Below are positions 50,179 to 61,315 of a stretch of DNA of 64,000 nucleotides, piece by piece. The position numbers were made by a program, and so were the translations under genes. The notes beneath the pieces are model-generated. The model saw only the letters and a list, made by a program, of their open reading frames with translations, was not told the origin of the DNA and did no database searches. Location: NCBI GenBank assembly GCA_037305845.1, contig CP147778.1, positions 2,208,001-2,272,000 on the forward strand, given 5' to 3'. Positions within the stretch are counted from its first letter, which is position 1; every line of letters begins with the position of its first letter. Origin of the DNA: Candidatus Freyarchaeum deiterrae. Its GTDB lineage: Archaea > Asgardarchaeota > Jordiarchaeia > Jordiarchaeales > Jordiarchaeaceae.

Positions 50179-52224
50179 ATGATTAAAGCATACTATGTTC
50201 TTCTAAAAACTGGTGAGTCGCTTTTTCACAGAGTTTACGGTGGAAATCATGTTGACGAGTCGTTGTTCTCAGGGTTCTTAGGAGCTGTTTACACCTTTGC
50301 TCGGGAAATTGGACATGGAGATATTCAAACAATGGAGATGGGAGATGCAAAGGTTATATGCGAGGTTTCCGGTAATCTGATTTTCGTGGTCGTCGTTGAA
50401 AAAGATGATGATGAGCAAGAAATAAAAAATTTTCTCAGCTCTACCTCAAAAACTTTTGTTAACCGCTTTAGAAGCGAGATCGAGGGATGGCAGGGGAATG
50501 TAACTGTTTTCCGACCATTCGAGAAAGACCTAGATCACATAGCGGAAAACTATAATATGAAACGTCTTCCAGGCAAAGTTAAATTAGCACCCTTCCTTAG
50601 AGAGGATACTAGCGACTCCTCCGCTTGTCCCTTTGATGTAGAAATCGCCTCCGTCTTCTCGTTACTGGAAGATGTAAGAAACCGTGGCGGAGGTATCCTC
50701 AGAAAAAAGCCGGAGGAAGAATTAACCGGTATTATAAAAGTCTTATGGCCCTTTTGGATATTGCCCTATAAAGACGGAGACAATATCATTTTCGTGGATG
50801 CCATGAGTGCAGACTCTCTTAGAGTAAAAATTAAACATTCCCAAGCTATGGAGAATATTAAGAGCTTGCTTGAAATAAAGGATGCTGACACGTTTGTAAC
50901 CGCTTTTGAAAAACTACTGTTAGACTCAAAAAATGAGAAGTTAGAAGAACTTTCCCTATATGGCCTTTTGGACCCAGAACTGGTAAAAGATATGGAAATT
51001 AGTTTGTCCAAAGCGAAGCAGAGTGAGACCAAAGAATACGTTGTCCCCCGTCCACTCATAAATCCAAAACGAGCACTTGAGAGTAAAAATGTTTTCAGCG
51101 CACTTTTTGAGGAATTAAATAAACATTATCAAAAACTGGTAGAAAACGATAATTCGATCACATTAACCGCTGAAAAGTGGCTAAAGAAAATAAATGAAAA
51201 AGCTGTAAAGATTAAAGATATGTATCAGGTTAAAATAGTGGAAACCACCGAAGACGTTCAGAAGCAGATTGAAGATCTGCGGCAGCTTAGGGAAGAAGAA
51301 CTAAGAAATATTGATACTTGGTTAACGGAAGAGGACAAGAATCTGGTATTGGAAATAAAAAACCTATTCGGGCCTCTTTTAGAAGTTTTAGAAGACGTAG
51401 CACTGAAATCTACCGAAGTAATAGAAAAAAGTGTAGACCCTCAAAGCAGCATGTTAAAGCTCATAGAGGGGCGTATTGAAAAATTCGCTACTGTTTCCGA
51501 GTATATGGATAAGACTAAGAAAGTTGTTGAAAATATTTCTCATAGCATAAAGAAAATAGACACCACAATCGAAAAAACAACCAAAAAAACAGAAGCAGAT
51601 AAGAATCTCGTAATACAAAATTTTGACAAAAAAATTTGGGAGCAGGAATCCCGGATTGATAAGTTGAAAGAAGAAATAGAATCTGCTCTAAATGTGCAAC
51701 AGGAATTAATGAACAAAGTCACAACCACACTCAAAGATTTAAAAGAGTTATTTAAAATTAAATGTGGAGAAATAGAAGAGCAAATAAAAAGGTTAAACTC
51801 ACAGATAATAAAGTCACCAGAAAAAACATATTCCCCTACACTTTTTTACATACCTCTCTACCTTTCAAAATTCCAAGACCTGAAAAAAGAGCGGTTCTAT
51901 GTGGTGCCCCAATTACTTCTTTTAATATCAAGAGCTCCGATTTGTGACTTTGGACAGAAAACACTTCCCCTAGACCTACCAACCTCCCTGCTCTTTGAAA
52001 CGCTAAAAGAAAAGGTTGAAAACCTAGCTACTGAGAATAAAGAATTAAGAACTGAAATTGAAAAAGGTTTCAATAAGAAAAATCTCATAAATTCACCGCA
52101 GATTGAAAAAAGTATCTATGACGGCTTGGACAATCTCTTGCGTTTGAATATTCTAAATGAAAATAACTTTCATATACTTAAGGGTAGAGTCGCTGAAATT
52201 TTTAGAAAGGAGCAAAAAGCATAG
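50179..52224 (+). CDS. Longin-like N-terminal domain plus long coiled-coil protein
   Basis: N-terminus G..LF.R.Y....D..L.SGFL.A...FA.E...W.G....F..F is typical of Asgard longin-like domains; followed by heptad-rich helices. Confidence 0.7.
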   Translation: MIKAYYVLLKTGESLFHRVYGGNHVDESLFSGFLGAVYTFAREIGHGDIQTMEMGDAKVICEVSGNLIFVVVVEKDDDEQEIKNFLSSTSKTFVNRFRSEIEGWQGNVTVFRPFEKDLDHIAENYNMKRLPGKVKLAPFLREDTSDSSACPFDVEIASVFSLLEDVRNRGGGILRKKPEEELTGIIKVLWPFWILPYKDGDNIIFVDAMSADSLRVKIKHSQAMENIKSLLEIKDADTFVTAFEKLLLDSKNEKLEELSLYGLLDPELVKDMEISLSKAKQSETKEYVVPRPLINPKRALESKNVFSALFEELNKHYQKLVENDNSITLTAEKWLKKINEKAVKIKDMYQVKIVETTEDVQKQIEDLRQLREEELRNIDTWLTEEDKNLVLEIKNLFGPLLEVLEDVALKSTEVIEKSVDPQSSMLKLIEGRIEKFATVSEYMDKTKKVVENISHSIKKIDTTIEKTTKKTEADKNLVIQNFDKKIWEQESRIDKLKEEIESALNVQQELMNKVTTTLKDLKELFKIKCGEIEEQIKRLNSQIIKSPEKTYSPTLFYIPLYLSKFQDLKKERFYVVPQLLLLISRAPICDFGQKTLPLDLPTSLLFETLKEKVENLATENKELRTEIEKGFNKKNLINSPQIEKSIYDGLDNLLRLNILNENNFHILKGRVAEIFRKEQKA

Positions 52225-52256
52225 CATGGCAAGGAAAGTATCTACGCCTTACTGCT

Positions 52257-53369
52257 TCAACCCAGCAGTTCATACACTGTAGTTCTCTGAACTGGAATAC
52301 GTCCACAGTCTTTAATCAACGCTATTATACTCTCAGGTGAAAGGTACTCCCCGCTAGGGGATCCCGCTATCCTCGAAATATTTTCCTCAAATAGAGTTCC
52401 ACCGAAATCGTTCGCACCTGCATTGAGCAAAAATTGGGCGAACTTTGTACCCAGCTTAACCCAGCTCACTTGAATATTATTGATAAGCCCATCGAACATT
52501 AGACGGGAAATTGCATACACTTTAGCATCTTCCATGCCTGTAGCGCCGGGCCTAGCAGAGAAATTCTTGTAAAGCTCTGTGTGTTGATGAATGAAACTAA
52601 GCGGTACGAATTCTGTAAAACCCTTAGTTCTTTTCTGAATGTTTCTCAGAATGTCCATGTGTACAGCTTTATCCCTATTACTTTCCAGATGCCCGTACAT
52701 CATGGTGCTTGAAGTAGGGATTCCCAAATTATGAGCTTCCTCAACTATCCTGATCCACTCACCCACTGATATTTTGTTGGGACATATAACTTCCCTTATT
52801 TTGTCCACTAGTATTTCTGCAGCTGTTCCGGGCATAGAGTCCAATCCAGTCTCCTTCAAAATCTTAAGGACTTCATATGTGCTTAACCCCTCCATTCTTG
52901 CAGCGTGTTGGATTTCCATGGGGCTGAAAGCGTGAATGTGTATGTCGGGGCTGACTCTCCTCACTGCTTTTATTATTTGCAAGTATAAGTCGAGATTAGC
53001 TTCGGGGTGCAGGCCTCCCTGAATGCAAACTTCCGTCGCTTTCACCTTTACTGCTTCCCGAGTTTTGTTTTCAATCTCTTCGGTCGATAATAGAAATTGG
53101 TTCGGCGAATCCTTATCTTCACGAAAGGCGCAGAAGGGGCACTTATTAACGCATACGTTTGTGAAGTTTATGTTCCGATTAATTATGTAAGTTACAATAT
53201 CTCCCACCGCTCTCTCCCTGACCTGATTAGCAACGAGAATCAATGACAGAAACTCTTGACCAGTACAACCAAACAGAAGCTCTGCCTCATCAAGTGAGGG
53301 AGGATGCCCATCAACGGCTCTATCCAATATGTGGGAAATTTCACCATCTATGCTATCCAGCAAGTTCAA
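52257..53369 (-). CDS. cofH: FO synthase subunit CofH
   Basis: NRNINFTNVC...C.FCAF, SMPGTAAEIL, IQ.SWVKLG and GAND.GGT..EE motifs. Confidence 0.95.
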   Translation of the reverse strand: MNLLDSIDGEISHILDRAVDGHPPSLDEAELLFGCTGQEFLSLILVANQVRERAVGDIVTYIINRNINFTNVCVNKCPFCAFREDKDSPNQFLLSTEEIENKTREAVKVKATEVCIQGGLHPEANLDLYLQIIKAVRRVSPDIHIHAFSPMEIQHAARMEGLSTYEVLKILKETGLDSMPGTAAEILVDKIREVICPNKISVGEWIRIVEEAHNLGIPTSSTMMYGHLESNRDKAVHMDILRNIQKRTKGFTEFVPLSFIHQHTELYKNFSARPGATGMEDAKVYAISRLMFDGLINNIQVSWVKLGTKFAQFLLNAGANDFGGTLFEENISRIAGSPSGEYLSPESIIALIKDCGRIPVQRTTVYELLG

Positions 53370-54501
53370 TCTTCACCTTCCTGTAACCTTTTTCGTCTGA
53401 CAATTCATGGATAAGTGGGGCAACGGTACTTGAAATATAGTTTTTTTGTATGTACTTCGGATAAATTGCTAATCTTTCTATTAGCTTGAAACCTGCTTCT
53501 CCGGTAATTTTTTCGAGGTTTTCTTTTGACGGCCAAGAATGGTTTGGATTGATTTCATCTAAGGTGACGGGAGAAATACCACCCCAGTCATTCATTCCTG
53601 ATGCAAGCAACTCACGCTCGTGTTGAATATTTAAATTTGGCGGAATTTGAATATTTATTTCTCCTTTAAAAACTAATCGCGTGATAGCCGCGGTTAACAT
53701 AATATCCTTCAAACTTGGAGATGAAGCATTTTCCATGGGTGTATTTGGTTTTGGATCAAAATTTTGAATTATAAGCTCCTGAACATGGCCATATTTTTCG
53801 TGGAGTTCTTTCAAAACATAGATACTCTCTATTCTCTCCTCTAGAGTTTCTCCTATTCCTATAAGGATACCGCTTGTAAATGGCACCTTTAACTCCCCTG
53901 CATATTTTATAGTTTTAATTCTTTGCTTGGGAAATTTTCCCGGGCTTTCTTCGTGAGGTCCTCCATTGTCGCATAGTCTTTCACTGCTGCTCTCCAGCAT
54001 GAGACCCATACTGGCATTTACTTGTTTTAACTTTTCAACCTCATTCCTTTCTAAAATTCCAGGGTTACTGTGAGGAAGAAGTCCTATTTCTAAGGCCATC
54101 AGGCAGAGATCGTATAGGTAATTAATTGTTGATGTATAACCCCACTCCTCCAAAAAATTTTTCACCTCGGAATACTTTTCCTCAGGTTTCTCCCCGAAGG
54201 TGAAAAGTGCCTCGGTGCATCCTGCTTCTTTGCCTCTAACCAAGATCTTTTTTACCTCATCCGGCTTCATAATACTTGCAAATGGGTCTCCTGGTTCACG
54301 CCGGAAACCACAGTAACCGCAACGGTTTCTGCAATAATTTGTTACTGGTATAAAAACATTTGAAGAAAATGTGGTGATGTTACCATAATATTTTCTCCTA
54401 ATACTGTCCGCTGCTTTACATATCTCTCTGAAGTTTCCTTCATTCGCCAGAGCTTGCGCTTCCTCAAAATCCAAGTCTTGCTCATGAATTTTATTAAGCA
54501 C
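53353..54501 (-). CDS. cofG: FO synthase subunit CofG
   Basis: FIP.T..CRNRC.YC.F, EALFT.GE.P, LPH.NPG, QIPPNL and D.GGISP.T.D motifs. Confidence 0.95.
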   Translation of the reverse strand: MLNKIHEQDLDFEEAQALANEGNFREICKAADSIRRKYYGNITTFSSNVFIPVTNYCRNRCGYCGFRREPGDPFASIMKPDEVKKILVRGKEAGCTEALFTFGEKPEEKYSEVKNFLEEWGYTSTINYLYDLCLMALEIGLLPHSNPGILERNEVEKLKQVNASMGLMLESSSERLCDNGGPHEESPGKFPKQRIKTIKYAGELKVPFTSGILIGIGETLEERIESIYVLKELHEKYGHVQELIIQNFDPKPNTPMENASSPSLKDIMLTAAITRLVFKGEINIQIPPNLNIQHERELLASGMNDWGGISPVTLDEINPNHSWPSKENLEKITGEAGFKLIERLAIYPKYIQKNYISSTVAPLIHELSDEKGYRKVKIELAG

Positions 54502-54579
54502 CTTTCTGGACCTTCTTTTATATTTAAAAATCAAGTTTTAGGGCGGGGTTTCTTAATAACTTTTCTTCAGTGGGGTAGT

Positions 54580-55707
54580 TTACTTTTTCCTTTTGGCTGA
54601 TGGGAAAGAGCCCATTATTCTGACTTCGCCTGCCTTTTTACTTATATTTTCTATAGCTTCCTTAACTTTAGGATTTTTTCTATGACCTTCCAAATCAACA
54701 AAAAAGATATAGTCTCCAAGAACTTTTTTGGAGGGTCTGGATTCAATCCTTGTGAGATTGATATTTCTGTCTCTGAATTCCTCCAAAACTTCGGCTAAGG
54801 CGCCTGGTCTGTCCTGCAGGAGAAATATCGCTATGGATGTTTTGTCGGAACTTGTTGGTTCGCTGTCTTTAGAGGCTATTATTGCAAATCGGGTTTCATT
54901 CGTCTGTTCATCTTGGATTCCCTCAGCTAGCACGGTCATTCCATACAATCTAGCAGCTGCCAAACTACCTATAGCTGCAATACTCGTATCCTCCTCCTCA
55001 GCAACCATCCTTACTGCTTCCGACGTGCTATGCGTCTCCGAGAGATACGCTTGGGGCAGTTTTTTGGCTAGGAACGTTCTACACTGAGCTAATGCTTGTG
55101 GGTGAGAGTAAACTTTAGTTATCTTATCCAGACTAATTTTTTCTTTCGTAATTAGATTATTGACAATCGGAAGGATAATCTCACCACAAATCTTTGCCTC
55201 ACTCCTCGCTAAGAGATCAAGAGTGATTGTAACAGCTCCCTCCACTGAATTCTCAATAGGAACAATCCCTATGTCAACATGTCCGTTTTCTACAGCAGAA
55301 ATGATACTCCCAAAAGTAGACATAGGAATCAATTCAGCCCCCGTTCCAGAAACATATTCTAAGGCCGCTTCCTCACTGTTGCTTCCTCTAGGCCCCAGAT
55401 AAGCAACTTTTTTAACTTCTCCTCTAACTTCACTCTCAATTCTTCTTCCATAATCAATTATCTCTGAAAAAATCTTGTTAATAAAATTTGGATCCAAACC
55501 CATTTCAGTAGCCGTTTTTTCACTGTTGGTAATTACCTGGGTCTCCCTTTTTTGATCTCGAATTTTTAATTTGAGATTTGACTTTACTTCTGCCAGGTCT
55601 CTGATCTTATCCTTCCTTCGTGATAGAAATTCCACTATCTGTTGGTCTATTTCATCGATTTCCTTTCTAATAGCCATTAATTTATCCCGATTGTTACCCG
55701 AATCCAC
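54580..55707 (-). CDS. pheA: Chorismate mutase/prephenate dehydratase
   Basis: R.EID.ID CM domain; LGP.GS.SE, PIENS.EG, SHPQA, N.TRF and IESRPS motifs. Confidence 0.95.
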   Translation of the reverse strand: MDSGNNRDKLMAIRKEIDEIDQQIVEFLSRRKDKIRDLAEVKSNLKLKIRDQKRETQVITNSEKTATEMGLDPNFINKIFSEIIDYGRRIESEVRGEVKKVAYLGPRGSNSEEAALEYVSGTGAELIPMSTFGSIISAVENGHVDIGIVPIENSVEGAVTITLDLLARSEAKICGEIILPIVNNLITKEKISLDKITKVYSHPQALAQCRTFLAKKLPQAYLSETHSTSEAVRMVAEEEDTSIAAIGSLAAARLYGMTVLAEGIQDEQTNETRFAIIASKDSEPTSSDKTSIAIFLLQDRPGALAEVLEEFRDRNINLTRIESRPSKKVLGDYIFFVDLEGHRKNPKVKEAIENISKKAGEVRIMGSFPSAKRKK

Positions 55708-55881
55708 TTCCTACACCAGTTTATGATTTCTGAACGCAAATCCTTTTTATACTTTATTACTTTCTGTTAAGTAATATTAAACCTTAATTCAAAAATAACA
55801 TATTATGCTAAGTTTCTTTTCAATATTAAATATATCTCAGGGTTCATTAACTATCTGGATTAGCATAAATGGTGTCCGAAC

Positions 55882-56658
55882 ATGTGTAAATTACTGGTTC
55901 TGTCAGGGAACAGAGAAGAAGACATGAAAAGTGTATTGGATGTTTTCGTTAAAAAATTCGGTTCCGCAAACCCAGATGGTTGGGGAATAGCTTTTCTAGA
56001 CGAATCGACGAATTTGTACCATATTAAAAAAGTCTACGAAAAAGACCGGAAACTTCTAGAGGATACCTTCTTTCGATCCTTTAAAAAAATAAAAACCAAA
56101 ACATTAATCGCTCACTTGCGAAAAGCATCAATCGGCTCAAAATGTCTAGAAAACTGCCACCCCTTCGAAAACCAAATAGATGGGCACCAATTTATTTTTA
56201 TGCATAATGGCTCTGTGTGGCCAAGAAGGGTTCTTGAGTCCAAACTGGTTAACCATAAACCGAAGTCGATGGACCCAACGGATTCTGAGTTAATTTTTTG
56301 CCATATTCTGGACGTATTAGAAGAAAATGGAGTAAATCTGAACTCATGGCGGGATATGGTTGCGGCAATTAACGAAATAATTTTGGCAATCCGTTCGGAG
56401 TCTCTTATCACCAAACTAAATTTTGTACTAGCTGACAGGAATTACGTATACTGCTACAACTTCGATGAGCTGCAATATTCACAGATAGAAGGGAACATAG
56501 AAAGCAATTCTTTCAGTAAAAAACAGAATACCTTCTCTAAAGATGGGAAAATCGTTGTGTGTAGCAGACCATTATTCGAAAATATCCAATGGGAACCACT
56601 TCCTCAAAAGAGTAACATGGTTCTGCATAATGGTGAAATAATATTTATTTCAAGATAA
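55882..56658 (+). CDS. Class II glutamine amidotransferase (YafJ/EgtC-like)
   Basis: N-terminal MC, DGWG, AH.RKAS, NCHPF, HNG and TDSE motifs. Confidence 0.9.
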   Translation: MCKLLVLSGNREEDMKSVLDVFVKKFGSANPDGWGIAFLDESTNLYHIKKVYEKDRKLLEDTFFRSFKKIKTKTLIAHLRKASIGSKCLENCHPFENQIDGHQFIFMHNGSVWPRRVLESKLVNHKPKSMDPTDSELIFCHILDVLEENGVNLNSWRDMVAAINEIILAIRSESLITKLNFVLADRNYVYCYNFDELQYSQIEGNIESNSFSKKQNTFSKDGKIVVCSRPLFENIQWEPLPQKSNMVLHNGEIIFISR

Positions 56659-56822
56659 AAGGTTAAATTCTACGTGGCTTATATTTAAATTAAAATTACA
56701 AAAAATAATTATTATATGGATGAAACCTATATTTGTAATAACCGTTACTATAAATTGCTGATATTGAATTATCCATAAGCTGAATCACAATAAATAATCA
56801 ACATTTTAGGAGTGTAAAAAGT

Positions 56823-58109
56823 TTGAAAGCTCTGGTGCTGGCTGGAGGAGCAGGTAAAAGACTCTTTCCTATAACTGAAACTCTTGCTAAACCCATGATT
56901 CCACTGGCGGGAAAACCCATACTAGAATATGTAATACAGTACTTGGTTAATAACAACTTGAGGGATATTATACTCGTAGTGGGGCACAAAAAAGAGCAGA
57001 TCTTGGAACACTTCGGTTCCGGAAGGGAATTCGGAGCAAATATAACCTATGTTGAACAAAGCAAACCAATTGGAATTGAGGACGCAATTCTCACCGCTTC
57101 ACCCCAATTAGAAGATGAGAGCGAATTCTTAATTGCCCATGCTGATTTTGTTGCTTCTGATGAAATAATTAAAAGAGCTATAGAGTATCACAATGGTTTA
57201 GACTCGGATGCCACTATAGTGATAACATTAGTTGATGACCCAACTTTGTATGGGGCTGTACAAATTGATGAAAACGCCAAAATAAACAGGATTATTGAGA
57301 AACCTAAAAAAGATGAGGCTCCAAGCAACTATGCGGCTGCGGGAGTGTACATCTTTAAAGAGGGGTTCCTAAAGAAACTAAAAACAGAAAAAAAATTTGA
57401 CGAAGCTGTACAGTCAATGATTCGCGAGGGTAAAACCATATATGGTATGGTTTGGGAAAAGGATTGGACCCCGGTAACCTATCCTTGGGACATTCTGGAG
57501 GCTAACCGATTCTCCCTAGCTCAAAAACTTAAGGGCAAGGGATCCTTTATTGCGGAGAGCGCGCAAATTGATAGCACCGCAAAAATCGAGGCCCCCGTTT
57601 GGATCTCTGATGACGCCATAATACGACCAAGAGCAGTTATACGAGGGCCGAGCTTTATTGGTCGTGACAGCTTCGTCGGTGACGGGGCCTTAATAAGAGA
57701 CCATACCTCGATAGGAGAGCATGTTTCTATAGGATTCGGTGTGGAAGTAAAAAACAGTATAATCTTTGACAACACAGTCGTTGGAAGATTAAGCTACATA
57801 GGTGAAAGCATAATAGGAAAAAACGTTAAAATAGGCGCGGGAACCCAGACTTGGAACGTTAGAATGAGGGGAGGCCCACCAATTGAAATGAACCTTAATA
57901 ATGAAAAGGTTCCTGTACCTGTAGAACGGTTTGGTACAATTGTGGGAGAGAACACGGAAATAAGTATTAATGTATCAATATATCCCGGCAAAAAAATCGG
58001 TGCAGGATCAACGGTATTTCCAGGAGTGATAGTTAATCAAGATATTCCTTCGAATTCTGACGTTGTAGCCGAACAACAAATTAAAATCTCCACAAAAAAG
58101 AATCAATAA
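56823..58109 (+). CDS. Sugar-1-phosphate nucleotidyltransferase/acetyltransferase (archaeal GlmU-like)
   Basis: LAGG.G.RL.P.T...KP, EKP and YPWD motifs plus hexapeptide repeats. Confidence 0.88.
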   Translation: MKALVLAGGAGKRLFPITETLAKPMIPLAGKPILEYVIQYLVNNNLRDIILVVGHKKEQILEHFGSGREFGANITYVEQSKPIGIEDAILTASPQLEDESEFLIAHADFVASDEIIKRAIEYHNGLDSDATIVITLVDDPTLYGAVQIDENAKINRIIEKPKKDEAPSNYAAAGVYIFKEGFLKKLKTEKKFDEAVQSMIREGKTIYGMVWEKDWTPVTYPWDILEANRFSLAQKLKGKGSFIAESAQIDSTAKIEAPVWISDDAIIRPRAVIRGPSFIGRDSFVGDGALIRDHTSIGEHVSIGFGVEVKNSIIFDNTVVGRLSYIGESIIGKNVKIGAGTQTWNVRMRGGPPIEMNLNNEKVPVPVERFGTIVGENTEISINVSIYPGKKIGAGSTVFPGVIVNQDIPSNSDVVAEQQIKISTKKNQ

Positions 58110-58118
58110 ACTGGTTAA

Positions 58119-58760
58119 TTGGAAACCAAAAATATTGTGATGCATATGTCGGTGTCTATGTTTTATCAAAAACTAGAGGAGGATGTCAAAAAGGTAAACG
58201 AACTGGAAAAAAAGGGTGATTTCAAAACTGCGGCGAAAAAGTGGGTCGAAATAGCCGAGTATTGTTTGTCATTTGCTAAATCCGAATATGCTTCTGAGGA
58301 AGTTAAAAAGAATCTTATTGAGAAATCCGAGGGTTACATAGAGCATGCTAAAATGCTTAGGCTAAAACCGGTTCCTCTAAAAGGAACCATAGAAGAAAGC
58401 TCATTTGGAATAGATTACATAGAAAAGGCTTTGGATGAAAAGTCGCAAGCCGATAAACAATGGATGGCATTTGACATAAGCTCCTATATAGTGACTATGT
58501 ACCGCGTAATAGAAAAGTTGCTTTTTCATGTTTACATTTCCAAAACGGGCAATCTCCCCCGCCTTGATGCCAAGTTTACGTCTCTCGCAAAATGGGCATA
58601 CCAAAATGGAATAATAAACGATCATCCGGATAACATGGAATTTGTCAGGCTACTTTATGAAAAAGTAACAAAAAAATCTCAAAAAGTAACTAATGAACAT
58701 GCTATGGAAGCGAGAGAGATAATGGAAAGAGTGTATAAGGAATTGTGTAAAAATATTTGA
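58119..58760 (+). CDS. Hypothetical protein: MIT-like N-terminus plus HEPN/DUF4145-like C-terminus
   Basis: E..GD...A...W...AE......K..L..K...YI..A..L resembles a MIT three-helix bundle. Confidence 0.5.
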   Translation: METKNIVMHMSVSMFYQKLEEDVKKVNELEKKGDFKTAAKKWVEIAEYCLSFAKSEYASEEVKKNLIEKSEGYIEHAKMLRLKPVPLKGTIEESSFGIDYIEKALDEKSQADKQWMAFDISSYIVTMYRVIEKLLFHVYISKTGNLPRLDAKFTSLAKWAYQNGIINDHPDNMEFVRLLYEKVTKKSQKVTNEHAMEAREIMERVYKELCKNI

Positions 58761-58777
58761 ACAAAAGTAGCTTATTT

Positions 58778-59482
58778 TTACTTCTTTTTCCAAGCTTTCT
58801 TCATTTCCTCTGAAGAGGCCAGTCTAAAGTTCTTTGTTTTCACATCTATAATTCCTATGTCTATATCCTCAGGATTAAGTTCTTCGGAAACTTCTCTCAG
58901 TGTGCTTATTGCGAGTTTCATCATTTCCTCTATAGGCATATCCTCTTTGTAACCTGCTTTTAGAAGGTCCATGGCCTTAGACTCGTTAGCTCCAACCGTT
59001 GAAGCTTTAGTTTTGGTTATCGCCCCTGAGGTGTCTAAAATAACTATCTCTGATTCGGAGTTTTCATTCACTCCTCCAAAAATTAATGAACACCCAAATG
59101 GACGCGTTCCTCCCTCTACCGTGAGGCGTTGCATAAGACGTCCTATTCTTTCTGCAAGGACACCAACATCAATGGTTTCGCTATAGGTCACTCTATAAGA
59201 CTGAGCTAAGGTTCGTGCTTTATCAATCAAAAATCTCGAATCCGACATATATCCTGCACTTGTTACTCCTATGTGGTCATCGATTTTGAAAACCTTTTCA
59301 TGAGACTCAAGTAACTTACTCTGAGTTTTTACCACCCCCGCTAATATAGCGCCCTTATCTGTTTTCATTCCCAGGGCTGGTGCTCCTTTCTTTACTGCTT
59401 CGCTGGCATACTCTACTTGAATTATACGGCCTTCGGGGGAGTACATGGTACTGCTTTTGTCATAATCTTCTCCTTCTGACAT
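58778..59482 (-). CDS. psmA: Proteasome alpha subunit (divergent)
   Basis: YD....YSPEGR..QVEYA.EAV..G, KID.HI and RPFG.SLI motifs. Confidence 0.9.
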   Translation of the reverse strand: MSEGEDYDKSSTMYSPEGRIIQVEYASEAVKKGAPALGMKTDKGAILAGVVKTQSKLLESHEKVFKIDDHIGVTSAGYMSDSRFLIDKARTLAQSYRVTYSETIDVGVLAERIGRLMQRLTVEGGTRPFGCSLIFGGVNENSESEIVILDTSGAITKTKASTVGANESKAMDLLKAGYKEDMPIEEMMKLAISTLREVSEELNPEDIDIGIIDVKTKNFRLASSEEMKKAWKKK

Positions 59483-59733
59483 TACCTGCTGCCTCCTACC
59501 TGTTAACTTAAACCTTATAGGAATTAAACGTTTCTAAATATTTCTCGTAAGCATTTACGATATCCTCCCCCTCCACTGTTTTTAATTTTTGTGGAAAAGG
59601 AATCCTCTTGGTGCGAAAGTTTTCTTGGGTGATATTCAGATAACCTATGGGTATGCTCTTCAACTCTACGTGGATAATAGTCACTAAGATAAATGCGCTT
59701 CGAGAGGTTCTTTTTAAAGGCGGTGGGATCAAT

Positions 59734-61245
59734 TTGATCTCCTCGGAAAGATTCAAGTGCATTTTTTGTGGGAATTCGGAAGTAGCTTATTATTGTGAAG
59801 AATGTAAAAGATCCTTTTGTATCAGCTGTGCTAAAGAGAAAAAAGAAGAATATTTCTTCTGCGGGTCTTGTGGTTCAAAAGAAATAAATCTAGAAGAAAA
59901 CAAAAATTCGAAGAAAGGTTGTCAAGATTGTGGTTCAATTTATATTAGGAAAGGTACTAAAAAATGGAAGTTATGTCCTAATTGTAATTCTAGTATAGTT
60001 AAAAGTATACAGGATAAGGCGACTGAACTTCAAAAGATTATTAATGAGAATGTTAACGCCTTAATTTATGGACATGAATTATTAAAAGATTTTTCGAGGA
60101 GACTTAAAGAAACTAGAAGTAAACTGGTTTTTCTAAGGCATAGAGGATATTTTCATTACCCACAAATGGAAGAAACTGTAATTTTCCTCTTTCAAGAAAT
60201 TGTTCCGATAAAAAAGAAGGTTGAAGCACGGGCTCAACAGGTCTTGAACGTGGTTAAGTCACAACTTATAGACTTTTCTTATCCCGACAATTGGAGTCCG
60301 CATAATTTTCCTCAAATACAGACAGCAATAGATAGGATATCCGCAGATGTCGAAGAGTATAAAACTTATGTAAAAGAACTTTTGGCTTTGCCTGAAAAAA
60401 ATCTAGAGTCTGTTACTTCTACCGTAAAACTACTAAATCATCATTTCAACTTTTTTGAAGAGCATAGAGAAAAAATAGACTTGGAAATCAGCGAAAGACC
60501 CGTGGCGGCCATACCCGGAGTAAAATATGTAGGCAGCTCTTTTCTAAGTTTAGATACGGCTAATGGTATACTTTTATTCACGGATAAAAGGTTGATATTC
60601 ATCAGAGAGAAGGGTATGCGAAACAAGTCCTATTTGAAGCATTTTGAATTTCCGCTAAAAGCTTTTCAAATTGGGAAGGAAGGATCTATTCGAAAAAAAG
60701 TCTTTTTCGAGAGTCTACAGGGAGACCTAAAATTCACTGCTCCCCAAAATATTCTTGAAGCAATTGAAAAGTATACGGAATTAGCTAAAAACTTTGATAA
60801 GAACTCTATAAATGAAAAGAATCAAACAAAGTTAGAAGGCCTAGAAATAATCCTTGACGACCTAAAAAAAGAGTTGAACAAAAAAATTCAGAGCATTTTC
60901 ACTCCAAGAGTTAAAGATTCAAGCCAAGAGTTAACCCCGAAACTGATTAATCCTGATTTAGCTAATAGACCTATTCAAAGAGCAAAAGGTAGATTGCCTG
61001 TATATAACAATTTTCAGGATCCCAGCATGGACGAATTGAGAAACAAGGAAATATCTCACTGGCAAAGTAAAAAATTTTCCGACGAGCAGCTTCTCAAAAA
61101 AAATGATGAACTATGGAAGCGTGGAGAAATCCCCGCGGAAGATTATTTTAAAAGAATAAAAACCATTCACGAGGAACTCTATCTCATAGATAAGAAATTG
61201 AAGGAACTTGGAATTCAAAATGAAACCATTGAAACAAGCTCTTGA
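59734..61245 (+). CDS. Multi-zinc-finger (B-box-like) + helical + PH/GRAM-like + SHOCT-like protein
   Basis: C..C....YYC..C...FC..C plus three further CxxC; G.L.FT.KRLIF; W..GEI..EDY. Confidence 0.6.
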   Translation: MISSERFKCIFCGNSEVAYYCEECKRSFCISCAKEKKEEYFFCGSCGSKEINLEENKNSKKGCQDCGSIYIRKGTKKWKLCPNCNSSIVKSIQDKATELQKIINENVNALIYGHELLKDFSRRLKETRSKLVFLRHRGYFHYPQMEETVIFLFQEIVPIKKKVEARAQQVLNVVKSQLIDFSYPDNWSPHNFPQIQTAIDRISADVEEYKTYVKELLALPEKNLESVTSTVKLLNHHFNFFEEHREKIDLEISERPVAAIPGVKYVGSSFLSLDTANGILLFTDKRLIFIREKGMRNKSYLKHFEFPLKAFQIGKEGSIRKKVFFESLQGDLKFTAPQNILEAIEKYTELAKNFDKNSINEKNQTKLEGLEIILDDLKKELNKKIQSIFTPRVKDSSQELTPKLINPDLANRPIQRAKGRLPVYNNFQDPSMDELRNKEISHWQSKKFSDEQLLKKNDELWKRGEIPAEDYFKRIKTIHEELYLIDKKLKELGIQNETIETSS

Positions 61246-61315
61246 ACGATTGCCTACTGAACAAGGATATAACATATTCTCCTCGTTTTCTGAAAATTAT
61301 GTAAAAGTGGTTTTT

